Assembly: GCA_944393585.1 (NCBI GenBank)
Contig: CALYAR010000073.1
Location: forward strand, 1 to 48,971
Source: an uncultured Clostridia bacterium
GTDB lineage: Bacteria > Bacillota > Clostridia > CALYAR01
Direction of reading: 5' to 3'
Length of the DNA: 48,971 bases
The notes beneath the pieces are model-generated. The model made no database searches and had not been told where the DNA came from. It worked only from the letters and a program-made list of their open reading frames with translations. Positions 24,801 to 32,987 of this stretch are shown here, one piece after another; positions within the stretch are counted from its first letter, which is position 1; every line of letters begins with the position of its first letter. The position numbers and the translations under genes are program-made.

Positions 24801-25172
24801 ATGGTGATGACCTTACAGGAGGCAAGCAGACGGTTTCATTTGAAATTGGATATGCTCCAGCTGTATGAAGAAAACGGTCTGTTAAAGAGAATGAAAACAA
24901 AAGATGGAACTGTCGATTATCCGGAGTCGGAACTGCATCGTGCCTCCCACTTGTATTTTCTGGAGAAAGCTGGAATGGATTTGGATACACTGAAGCGATT
25001 TGTAAAACTTTCGGAAAAAGGAAGCAGTACAGAACAAATCCAGCTTTTACGCAAATGCAGGCATCAACTTCTGGAGGAAATCCATCGAAAACAGCAGTCG
25101 CTTGATCAATTAGATTATCTCATCTATGAGATAAAAAATCCAAAGAGTCAAAAGGAGGATCGACTTCTATGA
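24801..25172 (+). CDS. MerR family transcriptional regulator
   Basis: MerR HTH pattern (TLQEASRRFHLKLDMLQLYEENGLL) plus a C-terminal coiled-coil. GGAGGA RBS; the start is ATG 24801 or 24807. Its stop overlaps the next gene's start (ATGA). Confidence 0.8.
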   Translation: MVMTLQEASRRFHLKLDMLQLYEENGLLKRMKTKDGTVDYPESELHRASHLYFLEKAGMDLDTLKRFVKLSEKGSSTEQIQLLRKCRHQLLEEIHRKQQSLDQLDYLIYEIKNPKSQKEDRLL

Positions 25173-26299
25173 AACGATTTACCGCAGTTATACTGGCTGT
25201 GGGGCTGATTTTTTCTCTGGCGGCCTGCCAAAATCAAGATGATGAACCGCCGTCCGTCAGTACCCCGTCGGCAGAGAACCAGGAACCTGCTGCGTCTGCT
25301 GAACCTGCAGAGCAGGACCTCACGCAATCAGAAATACCGGAGACTAAGAGTATATTAATCGCTTACTTTTCCCTGGGCCGTAATGCCGATTCCCCCAAAG
25401 ACATTGATGCCAGTACATCGGCAAGCCTTGTGATGGATGGAGAAGAACAAATGGGAACCACGGAATATGTAGCACATTTGATTCAGGACAATGTGGGCGG
25501 GGATCTCCATTCCATTCAAACTTTAGACCCCTATTCTTCGGATTTTGATACCGTGGTGGATCAAAACCACGAAGAACAGGATGCCGGTACCCTGCCTGTG
25601 CTGATGACCAGCGATTTGGATGTTTCCCAATACGATATTGTGTTTATTGGATATCCTATTTGGGCTACCAGTGCTCCGCAGGCCGTCTTTTCCTTCCTCT
25701 CTCAATATGATCTGTTCGGAAAAACATTGATTCCCTTCTGTACTCATGATGGGTACGGTGCAGGCAGCAGCTATAAGGACATTGCAGACGCTGTCAGCGG
25801 AGCAAGGGAGGTCTTAGACGGATTGGCTGTTGAGGCGTCGGACGTGCCCGATTCTGAAGAAACCGTTGCCGAGTGGCTGCGGAGTATTGATATAGAGCAG
25901 CAGTCTGAGACTGCCAATCAGTCTGGGGAAACGGCAATTACCATTTCGATCGGCGATACTGTGCTGGACGGCGTATTATATAACACGGCTCTGGCAAACG
26001 AAATTCAGCAGTATTTTCCGCTGACGATTTCTATGACGGGCTTTGGCGGAAGAGAATATTATGGAGGTGTAGATTTCTATCTGGAGAATGCAGAAGGCGG
26101 GCAAAAAAATTTTGAAAACGGTGATATCACATATTGCCAAGCTCATCACAACATGGCGATATTTTACGCACAGACCGATGATCCTGATCTTTCCGTAGAG
26201 GTAATTCCCATAGGGAAAGTGACATCTGATCTTGGCATATTCCATGAACTTCCGGGCAGTGTGGAAATCACATTCGCTCTGGCGGATTCGTTAATTTGA
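25169..26299 (+). CDS. Exported lipoprotein: flavodoxin-fold domain fused to a cyclophilin-like domain
   Basis: Lipobox FSLAAC, then an acidic P/E/S linker. The flavodoxin-fold domain has a split P-loop (AYFS...DIDASTSAS...GTTE) and GYPIWA. The C-terminal about 120 aa (ITISIGDTVLDGVLYNTALANEI...GDITYCQAHHNMAIFY...IPIGKV) matches the cyclophilin-like family pattern. Confidence 0.8.
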   Translation: MKRFTAVILAVGLIFSLAACQNQDDEPPSVSTPSAENQEPAASAEPAEQDLTQSEIPETKSILIAYFSLGRNADSPKDIDASTSASLVMDGEEQMGTTEYVAHLIQDNVGGDLHSIQTLDPYSSDFDTVVDQNHEEQDAGTLPVLMTSDLDVSQYDIVFIGYPIWATSAPQAVFSFLSQYDLFGKTLIPFCTHDGYGAGSSYKDIADAVSGAREVLDGLAVEASDVPDSEETVAEWLRSIDIEQQSETANQSGETAITISIGDTVLDGVLYNTALANEIQQYFPLTISMTGFGGREYYGGVDFYLENAEGGQKNFENGDITYCQAHHNMAIFYAQTDDPDLSVEVIPIGKVTSDLGIFHELPGSVEITFALADSLI

Positions 26300-26322
26300 T
26301 TTAAGACAGGAGGAAATCCATC

Positions 26323-27108
26323 ATGAAAAAATTTTTGATTATCTTTACGGCGTGTATCTTGACTTTAATTTTGGCGGCCTGCAGTGAAAATAGTACGTCC
26401 GGCGATTCACAGCCCGAACCGACTCCAAGCAGTTCTCAGATAAGCGTGCCGCAAACGCCTTCTTCTGAGCCGGAAGATCCTGAACCGTTGCCTGCGGAGC
26501 CTTCCTCCGCATTGTCTGATGAGGAGCAGCCAGCGGAAGAAGAGGAAACGGAAACAAATATGCTGGTTGCTTATTTCAGCTATGCCGAGAATGCAGATTT
26601 GCCGGATGATGTAGATGCGTCCGCCTCGGCAAGCATTCAGGCCTGGAACGGCGAGATCACAGGCAACACCGGTGTAGTGGCCGCCATGATTGCCGAAGCA
26701 ACCGGTGCGGACCTGTTCTCCATTCAAACGGTAGAAAAATACCCTGATACCTATGATGCAACCATTAACCAGGGACAGGAAGAACGCAATCAAGACGCCC
26801 GACCAGAGCTTGCTTCTCATCTGGAAAATACAGAAAGCTATGATGTCATTTTCCTGGGCTTTCCCAATTGGTGGGGAGACATGCCAATGGCGGTATACAG
26901 TTTTTTGGATGAAGTGGATCTTTCGGGTAAGACCATTGTGCCATTTGTCACTTCCGGCGGCAGCGGATTCTCCAATACCATTCGTACGATTGAAAGCCTG
27001 GAATCCGGCGCAGCCGTCCAGCAGGGACTATCCGTCAGCGCCTCCAGTGCCGCAGGTGCACAGGATCAGGTCAATGAATGGCTCAGCGGACTGGGATATG
27101 CAGGGTAA
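26323..27108 (+). CDS. Exported lipoprotein with a flavodoxin-fold domain (long P-loop insert)
   Basis: Lipobox LILAAC, an acidic linker, AYFSYAENADLPDDVDASASASIQAWNGEITGNTG, then GFPNWWG and VPFVTSGGSG. Confidence 0.85.
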   Translation: MKKFLIIFTACILTLILAACSENSTSGDSQPEPTPSSSQISVPQTPSSEPEDPEPLPAEPSSALSDEEQPAEEEETETNMLVAYFSYAENADLPDDVDASASASIQAWNGEITGNTGVVAAMIAEATGADLFSIQTVEKYPDTYDATINQGQEERNQDARPELASHLENTESYDVIFLGFPNWWGDMPMAVYSFLDEVDLSGKTIVPFVTSGGSGFSNTIRTIESLESGAAVQQGLSVSASSAAGAQDQVNEWLSGLGYAG

Positions 27109-27122
27109 AAGGAGCGGTTATT

Positions 27123-28094
27123 TTGAAAAAACGTATTCTTGGAAAACAAAATTCATTGACAGTTTCTGAAATCGGCATGGGCTGCATGGGATTCAGCCAT
27201 GGCTATGGCCCAGGACCAGGGCGGAATGAGTCTATCCAGCTGATCCGGACTGCCTACGATTTGGGCTGTACTTTCTTTGACACGGCAGAAGGGTATGCAG
27301 CCGGCGAAAACGAAAGGCTGGTCGGCGAGGCAATCAAACCATTCCGGCACGAGGTGATCCTCGCCACAAAGCTGCATATTCCAGAGGAGGGAGACTTGGA
27401 AACCGCCATTCGAAAACATCTGGACGACTCTCTCTTCCGGCTGGGATGCGACTATGTGGATCTGTATTACCAGCACCGGGTCAATAAGAATATTCCAGTT
27501 GAAGAAGTGGCCGGCGTCATGGGCAAGCTCATTGACGAAGGCAAGATTCGCGGCTGGGGGCAGTCTCAGGCTTCAAACAGTGAGATCCGCCGGGCACATG
27601 CTGTTACTCCGATCACGGCGATTCAAAGCGAGTATTCCTTGATGGAGCGGATGTTTGAAAAGGATGTGCTTCCTGCATGCAGGGAGCTTGGCATTGGCTT
27701 TGTCCCCTTCTCTCCGCTGGGAGCAGGTTTCCTGAGCGGCAGATATACCAGCAAAGACATCTATACCGGTGACGATGTTCGCCGCGTCATTACCCGCTTT
27801 TCCAAAGACAATATGGATGCCAATCAGCCGCTGCTGGATTTGCTCCATCGGTTTGCACATGAAAAAGGCGCAACTCCAGCGCAGATTTCACTGGCCTGGA
27901 TGCTGCACAAATGGGATTTTTTAGTACCCATTCCCGGTATGCGGAAGGCGGAGCGAATCAGGGAGAATTTTGGCTCTGCGGATGTGGTGCTCACCCATGA
28001 GGAATTTGGGCGGCTGGAAGCAGAACTTGCCCGAATGAATATCTACGGAAACCGAACCGATGAGGATATTGCCAAGCTGCGGGATATGATTTGA
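27123..28094 (+). CDS. Aldo/keto reductase
   Basis: The TTG at 27123 lies 8 nt after the AAAGGAG RBS (27108-14). The ORF-track start at 27078 would overlap the upstream gene. Motifs GMGCMGFS, DTAEGY and HRVN are present. There is no signal peptide. Confidence 0.9.
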   Translation: MKKRILGKQNSLTVSEIGMGCMGFSHGYGPGPGRNESIQLIRTAYDLGCTFFDTAEGYAAGENERLVGEAIKPFRHEVILATKLHIPEEGDLETAIRKHLDDSLFRLGCDYVDLYYQHRVNKNIPVEEVAGVMGKLIDEGKIRGWGQSQASNSEIRRAHAVTPITAIQSEYSLMERMFEKDVLPACRELGIGFVPFSPLGAGFLSGRYTSKDIYTGDDVRRVITRFSKDNMDANQPLLDLLHRFAHEKGATPAQISLAWMLHKWDFLVPIPGMRKAERIRENFGSADVVLTHEEFGRLEAELARMNIYGNRTDEDIAKLRDMI

Positions 28095-28152
28095 ATGAAG
28101 ATCGGGAGCGAGCATTTGAATCAAAAATTTTATGGGAAAGAAGGAATATTTT

Positions 28153-28890
28153 ATGAGAAAAATTACGGCACTGCTTATAGCATTTGTTTTGACTTTTTCT
28201 TTTGCTGGATGCAGTTCCAATCAAGAGGAGCAGAAACCGGCTGAAAGTCCATCCAACCGCGCAGAGCCTGCTCCCTCAGAATCGCCGTCTGGTTCTGAAA
28301 CTTCTGCGCCGGCGGATGACTCCTCACAGGGACAGTCTGCCGGCGATGAAAGCAATATACTGGTGGCATATTTTTCCTGGGCTGACAATGCTGTGATCGA
28401 GGGAGATGTGGACGCTGTGACTTCTCCCAGCGTTACTGCTCCCGGCAATGTACAGCAGCTTGCCGGATGGGTGCAGGAAAAAACAGGCGGCGATTTGTTC
28501 TCAATTCAGGTGACAGAACCGTATCCCAGCGGTTGGGATGAATGCCTGGAACGAGCCAATCAGGAGCGGGCAGAAGATGCCCGGCCGGAGCTTACGGCCG
28601 CTGTAGAAAATATGAACGACTACGATACGGTCTTTCTGGGTTACCCCAACTGGTGGTATGGGGCACCGATGGCACTTTTGTCTTTTCTGGAAGAAAACGA
28701 CCTGTCGAATAAGCAGATCTATCTGTTTTGTTCTCATGGCACAGGGGGTCTTGCAGGAAGTGTAGAGGATATTCAAGCGGTACTGCCGGACAGCGCCGTG
28801 CTCTCTGACAATGTCTTTGACGTGTACGAAGAAGAGGCAGCATCTTCACAGAATGCTATTTTGGATTGGCTGGCAGAACTGGGATATTGA
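28153..28890 (+). CDS. Exported lipoprotein with a flavodoxin-fold domain (long P-loop insert)
   Basis: MRKITALLIAFVLTFSFAGC lipobox, an S/P/E linker, AYFSWADNAVIEGDVDAVTSPSVTAPGNV, then GYPNWWYG and LFCSHGTGG. Confidence 0.85.
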   Translation: MRKITALLIAFVLTFSFAGCSSNQEEQKPAESPSNRAEPAPSESPSGSETSAPADDSSQGQSAGDESNILVAYFSWADNAVIEGDVDAVTSPSVTAPGNVQQLAGWVQEKTGGDLFSIQVTEPYPSGWDECLERANQERAEDARPELTAAVENMNDYDTVFLGYPNWWYGAPMALLSFLEENDLSNKQIYLFCSHGTGGLAGSVEDIQAVLPDSAVLSDNVFDVYEEEAASSQNAILDWLAELGY

Positions 28891-28958
28891 TGGAAGCTGC
28901 TGTATCCAATCGTTTTATTTTAGCTGGGTTTTCTGCCTATGTGAGAGGATGATATAAT

Positions 28959-29654
28959 TTGAAACCGAAAATGATGTTAAAAATGTCCATAGATTTTGTC
29001 ATGACAGTTCTGCTTCTCTGCCAGATGGCTTATATGCTCATTGGAGAGACAGCGCATGAATGGATGGGAACGGCTTTGTTTCTGCTGTTTATCCTGCACC
29101 ATATTCTCAACTGGAGATGGTATAAAAATTTATCCGCAGGAAAGTACAGTGCTGTTCGGATTTTGCAGACTATAGTTGATTTTTTGGTACTCTTCTCCAT
29201 GATTGGCCTGATGATCAGCGGCATTATGATGTCCAGGGAGGTGTTTGCTTTCCTGCCGATCGGCGGAGGAATGGGATTTGCCCGAATTCTGCACATGCTG
29301 ACCGCCTATTGGGGATTCATTTTTATGAGTATCCATCTCGGACTGCACTGGGGGATGATTATGAGCATGATACGGAAGCTGAGCGGTACATCTAAGATAG
29401 TCCCTGTCCGAACCTGGATATTACGGGTGCTGGCAGTCATAATCTGCTGCTTTGGTATATATTCCTTTTTCAGACACAACATTGCCGACTATCTGTTTGT
29501 ACGCAGTCAGTTCGTATTTTTTGATTTGGAACAGCCGCTTATACTGTTTTTTGGAGAATACCTGGCCATGATGGGCCTGTGGGTCTGTATCGCATACTAT
29601 GCAGTCCGGTTGATATCAAAATGCACAGGAAAAAAGCCAATTAAAAAAGGCTAA
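28959..29654 (+). CDS. DUF4405-like polytopic membrane protein with conserved intramembrane histidines (possible b-type cytochrome)
   Basis: About 6 TM segments. His residues sit in or near TM helices (ETAHEW, FILHHILNW, RILHML, SIHLGLHW), matching the DUF4405 N-terminal pattern. The start is uncertain (TTG 28959 or the ATGs at 28971, 28974 or 28983). Confidence 0.7.
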   Translation: MKPKMMLKMSIDFVMTVLLLCQMAYMLIGETAHEWMGTALFLLFILHHILNWRWYKNLSAGKYSAVRILQTIVDFLVLFSMIGLMISGIMMSREVFAFLPIGGGMGFARILHMLTAYWGFIFMSIHLGLHWGMIMSMIRKLSGTSKIVPVRTWILRVLAVIICCFGIYSFFRHNIADYLFVRSQFVFFDLEQPLILFFGEYLAMMGLWVCIAYYAVRLISKCTGKKPIKKG

Positions 29655-29926
29655 TGTGGTGAAGCATTGAGAATGAAAATTCAAAATACACATGCCTGTA
29701 TGCCCGGTCAAAGAAGTGCATCCCCAGGCGATAAATGAGGCAGAAGGTAATATTCTTTTGTGCCGAGGCATTTGTATATTTGCAAAAAGGACACCGTATT
29801 TTTCGGATTTGGTGAAAGCGAATCCTTTTAAAGATTTGTATTTTCCAGATCCGAAGAGCGGAAAAAGGCCTACCGCGGCCTGCAAAATATTTAATACGAT
29901 TGATTTCATGTTAGGAGGTTTTATTT

Positions 29927-31099
29927 ATGAATTTTCAGATGTATATGCCAACTAGGATTTTATTTGGCGCAGGGCAGCTTTCGAATCTGCACGCACAGGC
30001 ACTGCCCGGCAAAAAGGCTATGATTGTTATTTCCAACGGCAAGTCAACCCGGGCAAACGGTTCTCTTGCCAAAACAGAACAGCAGTTAAAGCAGGCCGGA
30101 GTAGAGACCGTTCTGTTTGACAAGATCATGGCAAATCCATTGAAGTCCACCGTGATGGAGGGCGCTGCCTATGCGAGAAAAAACGGCTGTGATTTTCTAG
30201 TGGCTTTGGGCGGGGGCAGCGTCATGGACGCTTCCAAAGCGATTGCGGCGATGGCGGTCAATGACGGCGATTTGTGGGACTATGTGTCCGGCGGCACCGG
30301 AAAAGGCAAAGCTCTGGTCAGCGAGCCGCTTCCCATTGTGGCCATTACGACAACAGCGGGAACCGGCAGTGAAGTAGATCAGTATGGCGTTATTTCCAAT
30401 GAGGAAACCAACGAAAAAATCGGGTTTGGCGGTTCGGATTCCTTGTTTCCCCGGCTTGCTGTCGTCGATCCGGAGCTCATGAGCACAGTTCCTCCCCGGT
30501 TCACTGCCTATCAGGGATTTGACGCTCTGTTTCACAGCGTTGAGTGCTATATTGCGGCACCGGCCAATCTGATGAGCGACATGTACGCCTTAACTGCCAT
30601 GGAAAACATCGGAACCTATCTTGGACGAGCAGTGAAGAATGGGGCAGATTTGGAGGCCCGGGAGCATGTAGCCTTTGCAAATACCCTTTCCGGTGTGGTC
30701 ATGACACTGAGCGGCTGTACCAGTGAGCATTCCATTGAGCACGCAATGAGTGCATACCATCATGACCTTCCTCACGGAGCAGGGCTAATTATGATTTCCA
30801 AGGCATATTTTACTCACTTCATTAATAGGCACGCCTGTGATGAGCGGTTTATTTGTATGGCACGCGCCTTGGGAAAACAGAATGCAAAAGAACCAATGGA
30901 TTTCATTGCAGCACTGACAGAGCTGCAGGAAGAATGCGGTGTGGCAGATTTAAAAATGTCGGATTATGGCATAGAGCCCGAGGAGTTTATGACCCTTGCC
31001 CGGAATGCCCGCGCCACTATGGGAGGTCTGTTCGCCTGCGACCGGGTACCGCTTTCTGATGAGGATTGTGCCGCTATCCTTGAAAAATCTTACCGCTAG
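29927..31099 (+). CDS. Iron-containing alcohol dehydrogenase
   Basis: ALGGGSVMDASKAIA and TTTAGTGSE motifs, plus His-rich metal ligands (HSIEHAMSAYHHDLPHGAG). GGAGG RBS. Confidence 0.92.
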   Translation: MNFQMYMPTRILFGAGQLSNLHAQALPGKKAMIVISNGKSTRANGSLAKTEQQLKQAGVETVLFDKIMANPLKSTVMEGAAYARKNGCDFLVALGGGSVMDASKAIAAMAVNDGDLWDYVSGGTGKGKALVSEPLPIVAITTTAGTGSEVDQYGVISNEETNEKIGFGGSDSLFPRLAVVDPELMSTVPPRFTAYQGFDALFHSVECYIAAPANLMSDMYALTAMENIGTYLGRAVKNGADLEAREHVAFANTLSGVVMTLSGCTSEHSIEHAMSAYHHDLPHGAGLIMISKAYFTHFINRHACDERFICMARALGKQNAKEPMDFIAALTELQEECGVADLKMSDYGIEPEEFMTLARNARATMGGLFACDRVPLSDEDCAAILEKSYR

Positions 31100-31120
31100 A
31101 GCGTCATAGGAGGAATCAAT

Positions 31121-31234
31121 GTGGGCAATAACAGGATGACGCCGCTTTCTGCCGTTACCTGGTACATTCCCTATATTGGATTTCCCCGCACTCTGAATGC
31201 GGTAAATTGTATCAATGAAATTGCAAAAGAGTAA
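31121..31234 (+). pseudogene. Carboxymuconolactone decarboxylase (AhpD-like) family remnant, C-terminal about 37 codons only
   Basis: A GTG at 31121 follows a TAGGAGGA RBS. The translation VGNNRMTPLSAVTWYIPYIGFPRTLNAVNCINEIAKE matches only the C-terminal helix pair (YxGfPxxlNA) of CMD-family proteins. It is too short for a full domain. Confidence 0.4.
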
Positions 31235-31285
31235 CGAGAGGCAGGCGATGCTGGTACAGCACGGCTTACTGAGATTTATCAAAGA

Positions 31286-31340
31286 AACAGCTCTGATATG
31301 GACTCCAATTTCAGAGCTGTTATCTTTGAAAGCTCTTTTC
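31286..31340 (+). terminator. Terminator region after the ADH/CMD-remnant unit
   Basis: A perfect 11-bp inverted repeat AACAGCTCTGA/TCAGAGCTGTT (31286-96 and 31311-21). A second small stem AGAGCT/AGCTCT and a TTTT run follow. Confidence 0.5.
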
Positions 31341-31452
31341 GTTATGTCTGTAATTGGAATGATTTGGGTTATACTATAGAAACAGCAGTGGAAAAAATAT
31401 TAAATCCGCGCTATAATAAAAAAGAAACAATCAAAAAGTATGCGGTGGTATT

Positions 31453-32349
31453 ATGAATTCGATCATTCCGGAATTACAAAATGAAGTACGCCGCCTTTGT
31501 CCTGCCGAAGGCGGAAATGCAACAGGAATTCCATTTGTAACGGCCTGGCGGTTTGCGGACAGAAAAATCCAAATGCCGCAGACAGATAATCCTTATGTGT
31601 ATATTGTTCTGAACGGTATGCTTAGACTGTATACGCCTTCAGGCATTCTGGACTATATGGTCGGGCAATATTCTATCTCGAAAATTGATACTCCGTTTTC
31701 GGGGACGGCATTGGGCATTTCACAGCAGGATTTTTTAGCTCTTTCTGTAGAATTCTCAGTGAATGACGTCATAACAGCGGTCTTGGGATTGGATCATGAC
31801 CTGACAGAGAAAATCATGGAGGAAAAGCTGGAAGAGCAGACAATGTCTGAAGCGGACAGGTTGGTCGTTTGGTCCGTTTATCGGATTTTTTCTGTATTAA
31901 AGCAGGCAGTTTGGTCTGAATCTTTGGGAAAAAATATGCTGCAGGAGATCATCTACTATCTCCTGTGCGGTTCCTGTGGAAAGCAGTTCCTTCAAAGTAT
32001 TGTAAATATTGGGCAAGCCGATGAGATTTATGAAGCAAACAACTGGATCAAAGAAAATTTCCGGCAGGCTTTTACCGTAGAAGAATTGGCAGAACAGCGA
32101 AACATGAGCGTTTCGCACTTTCATCAGAAATTCAAAAGTGCTGTGGGAATGGGGCCGCTGCAATGCCAAAAGCGGCTTCGGCTTACAGAAGCCAGACGGC
32201 TGATGCTGGATGAGAACAAAAATGTAACGCAGGCTTCGATTAAAGTAGGATATGAAAGCCTTTCCCAGTTTATCCGGGATTATCGGAAAATGTTTGGGAT
32301 GGCTCCAAAAGAGGATATTCTCACAATTCAAAGGCAGCTGAAGGAATAG
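31453..32349 (+). CDS. AraC family transcriptional regulator
   Basis: C-terminal double HTH (FTVEELAEQRNMSVSHFHQKFK...ASIKVGYESLSQFIRDYRKMFG). The N-terminal domain is AraC_N-like. Confidence 0.9.
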   Translation: MNSIIPELQNEVRRLCPAEGGNATGIPFVTAWRFADRKIQMPQTDNPYVYIVLNGMLRLYTPSGILDYMVGQYSISKIDTPFSGTALGISQQDFLALSVEFSVNDVITAVLGLDHDLTEKIMEEKLEEQTMSEADRLVVWSVYRIFSVLKQAVWSESLGKNMLQEIIYYLLCGSCGKQFLQSIVNIGQADEIYEANNWIKENFRQAFTVEELAEQRNMSVSHFHQKFKSAVGMGPLQCQKRLRLTEARRLMLDENKNVTQASIKVGYESLSQFIRDYRKMFGMAPKEDILTIQRQLKE

Positions 32350-32458
32350 GCAAATTTTTCGGAGAAACGGGCAAGCGGCATAGACAATTCATTTGTTATA
32401 CTCAAAATACAAAAGAGGTTTTTCCTCGCATCAATCTAGGAATATGGAGGTTTTTGTA

Positions 32459-32869
32459 ATGGTTTTAACAGATGAACTGTGTGATAAGCTTTGCACTGCC
32501 GCACGAGAAAAGAGCAGGGAAATGGGAATTGATATCAGCTTTGCGGTCAGCGACGAGAATGGTCTGCCCAGAGTTTACCGCAGATATGGGGAAGCGTTGG
32601 TGCTGAGTATTACCCTCGTACCCGGAAAAGCCTATACGGCTGCCGTTACACAATGTAAAACAAAAGATGTAGCTGCTGCTGCCGCAGAAGGTGCTCCCCT
32701 AATGGCGATTCGGACAAATGACCCCCGGATTACGCTTGTGGCCGGAGGATATCCGTTGTTTGTAAATGGGAAGATTGCCGGCGGCATTGGAGTAGGAGGC
32801 GGAACAGAGGAGCAAGACTGCGAAATTGCGGAGTATGTAGTTTCCGTGTTTGAGAGATTAAGCTTATAA
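32459..32869 (+). CDS. GlcG/HbpS-like (DUF336) heme-binding family protein
   Basis: The pattern FAVSDENG...AGGYPLF.NGKIAGGIGVGGGTEEQDCEIA is typical of DUF336. The GGAGG RBS lies 8 nt before the ATG at 32459. Confidence 0.85.
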   Translation: MVLTDELCDKLCTAAREKSREMGIDISFAVSDENGLPRVYRRYGEALVLSITLVPGKAYTAAVTQCKTKDVAAAAAEGAPLMAIRTNDPRITLVAGGYPLFVNGKIAGGIGVGGGTEEQDCEIAEYVVSVFERLSL

Positions 32870-32987
32870 TATTTTTTATATTTTCGATGTCACAAATAGA
32901 AAGATTTCTGTTAAATGATTGAATCACTTGAACGAATCAGCAAGGATGAATTAGAGTACAGAATTTTGTCGGGAGCATTATATTTGG

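Noticed and set aside
29655-29926. ORFs in the 270-nt gap between the DUF4405 and ADH genes (29692..29955 on +, 29616..29909 on -). The + frame contains VCPVKEVHPQAI, faintly reminiscent of the end of a 4Fe-4S ferredoxin motif.
   Set aside because: There is no complete CxxCxxCxxxCP motif and no RBS. The + ORF overlaps the ADH start, and the two ORFs overlap each other. At best this is a decayed remnant and is not supportable as a gene.
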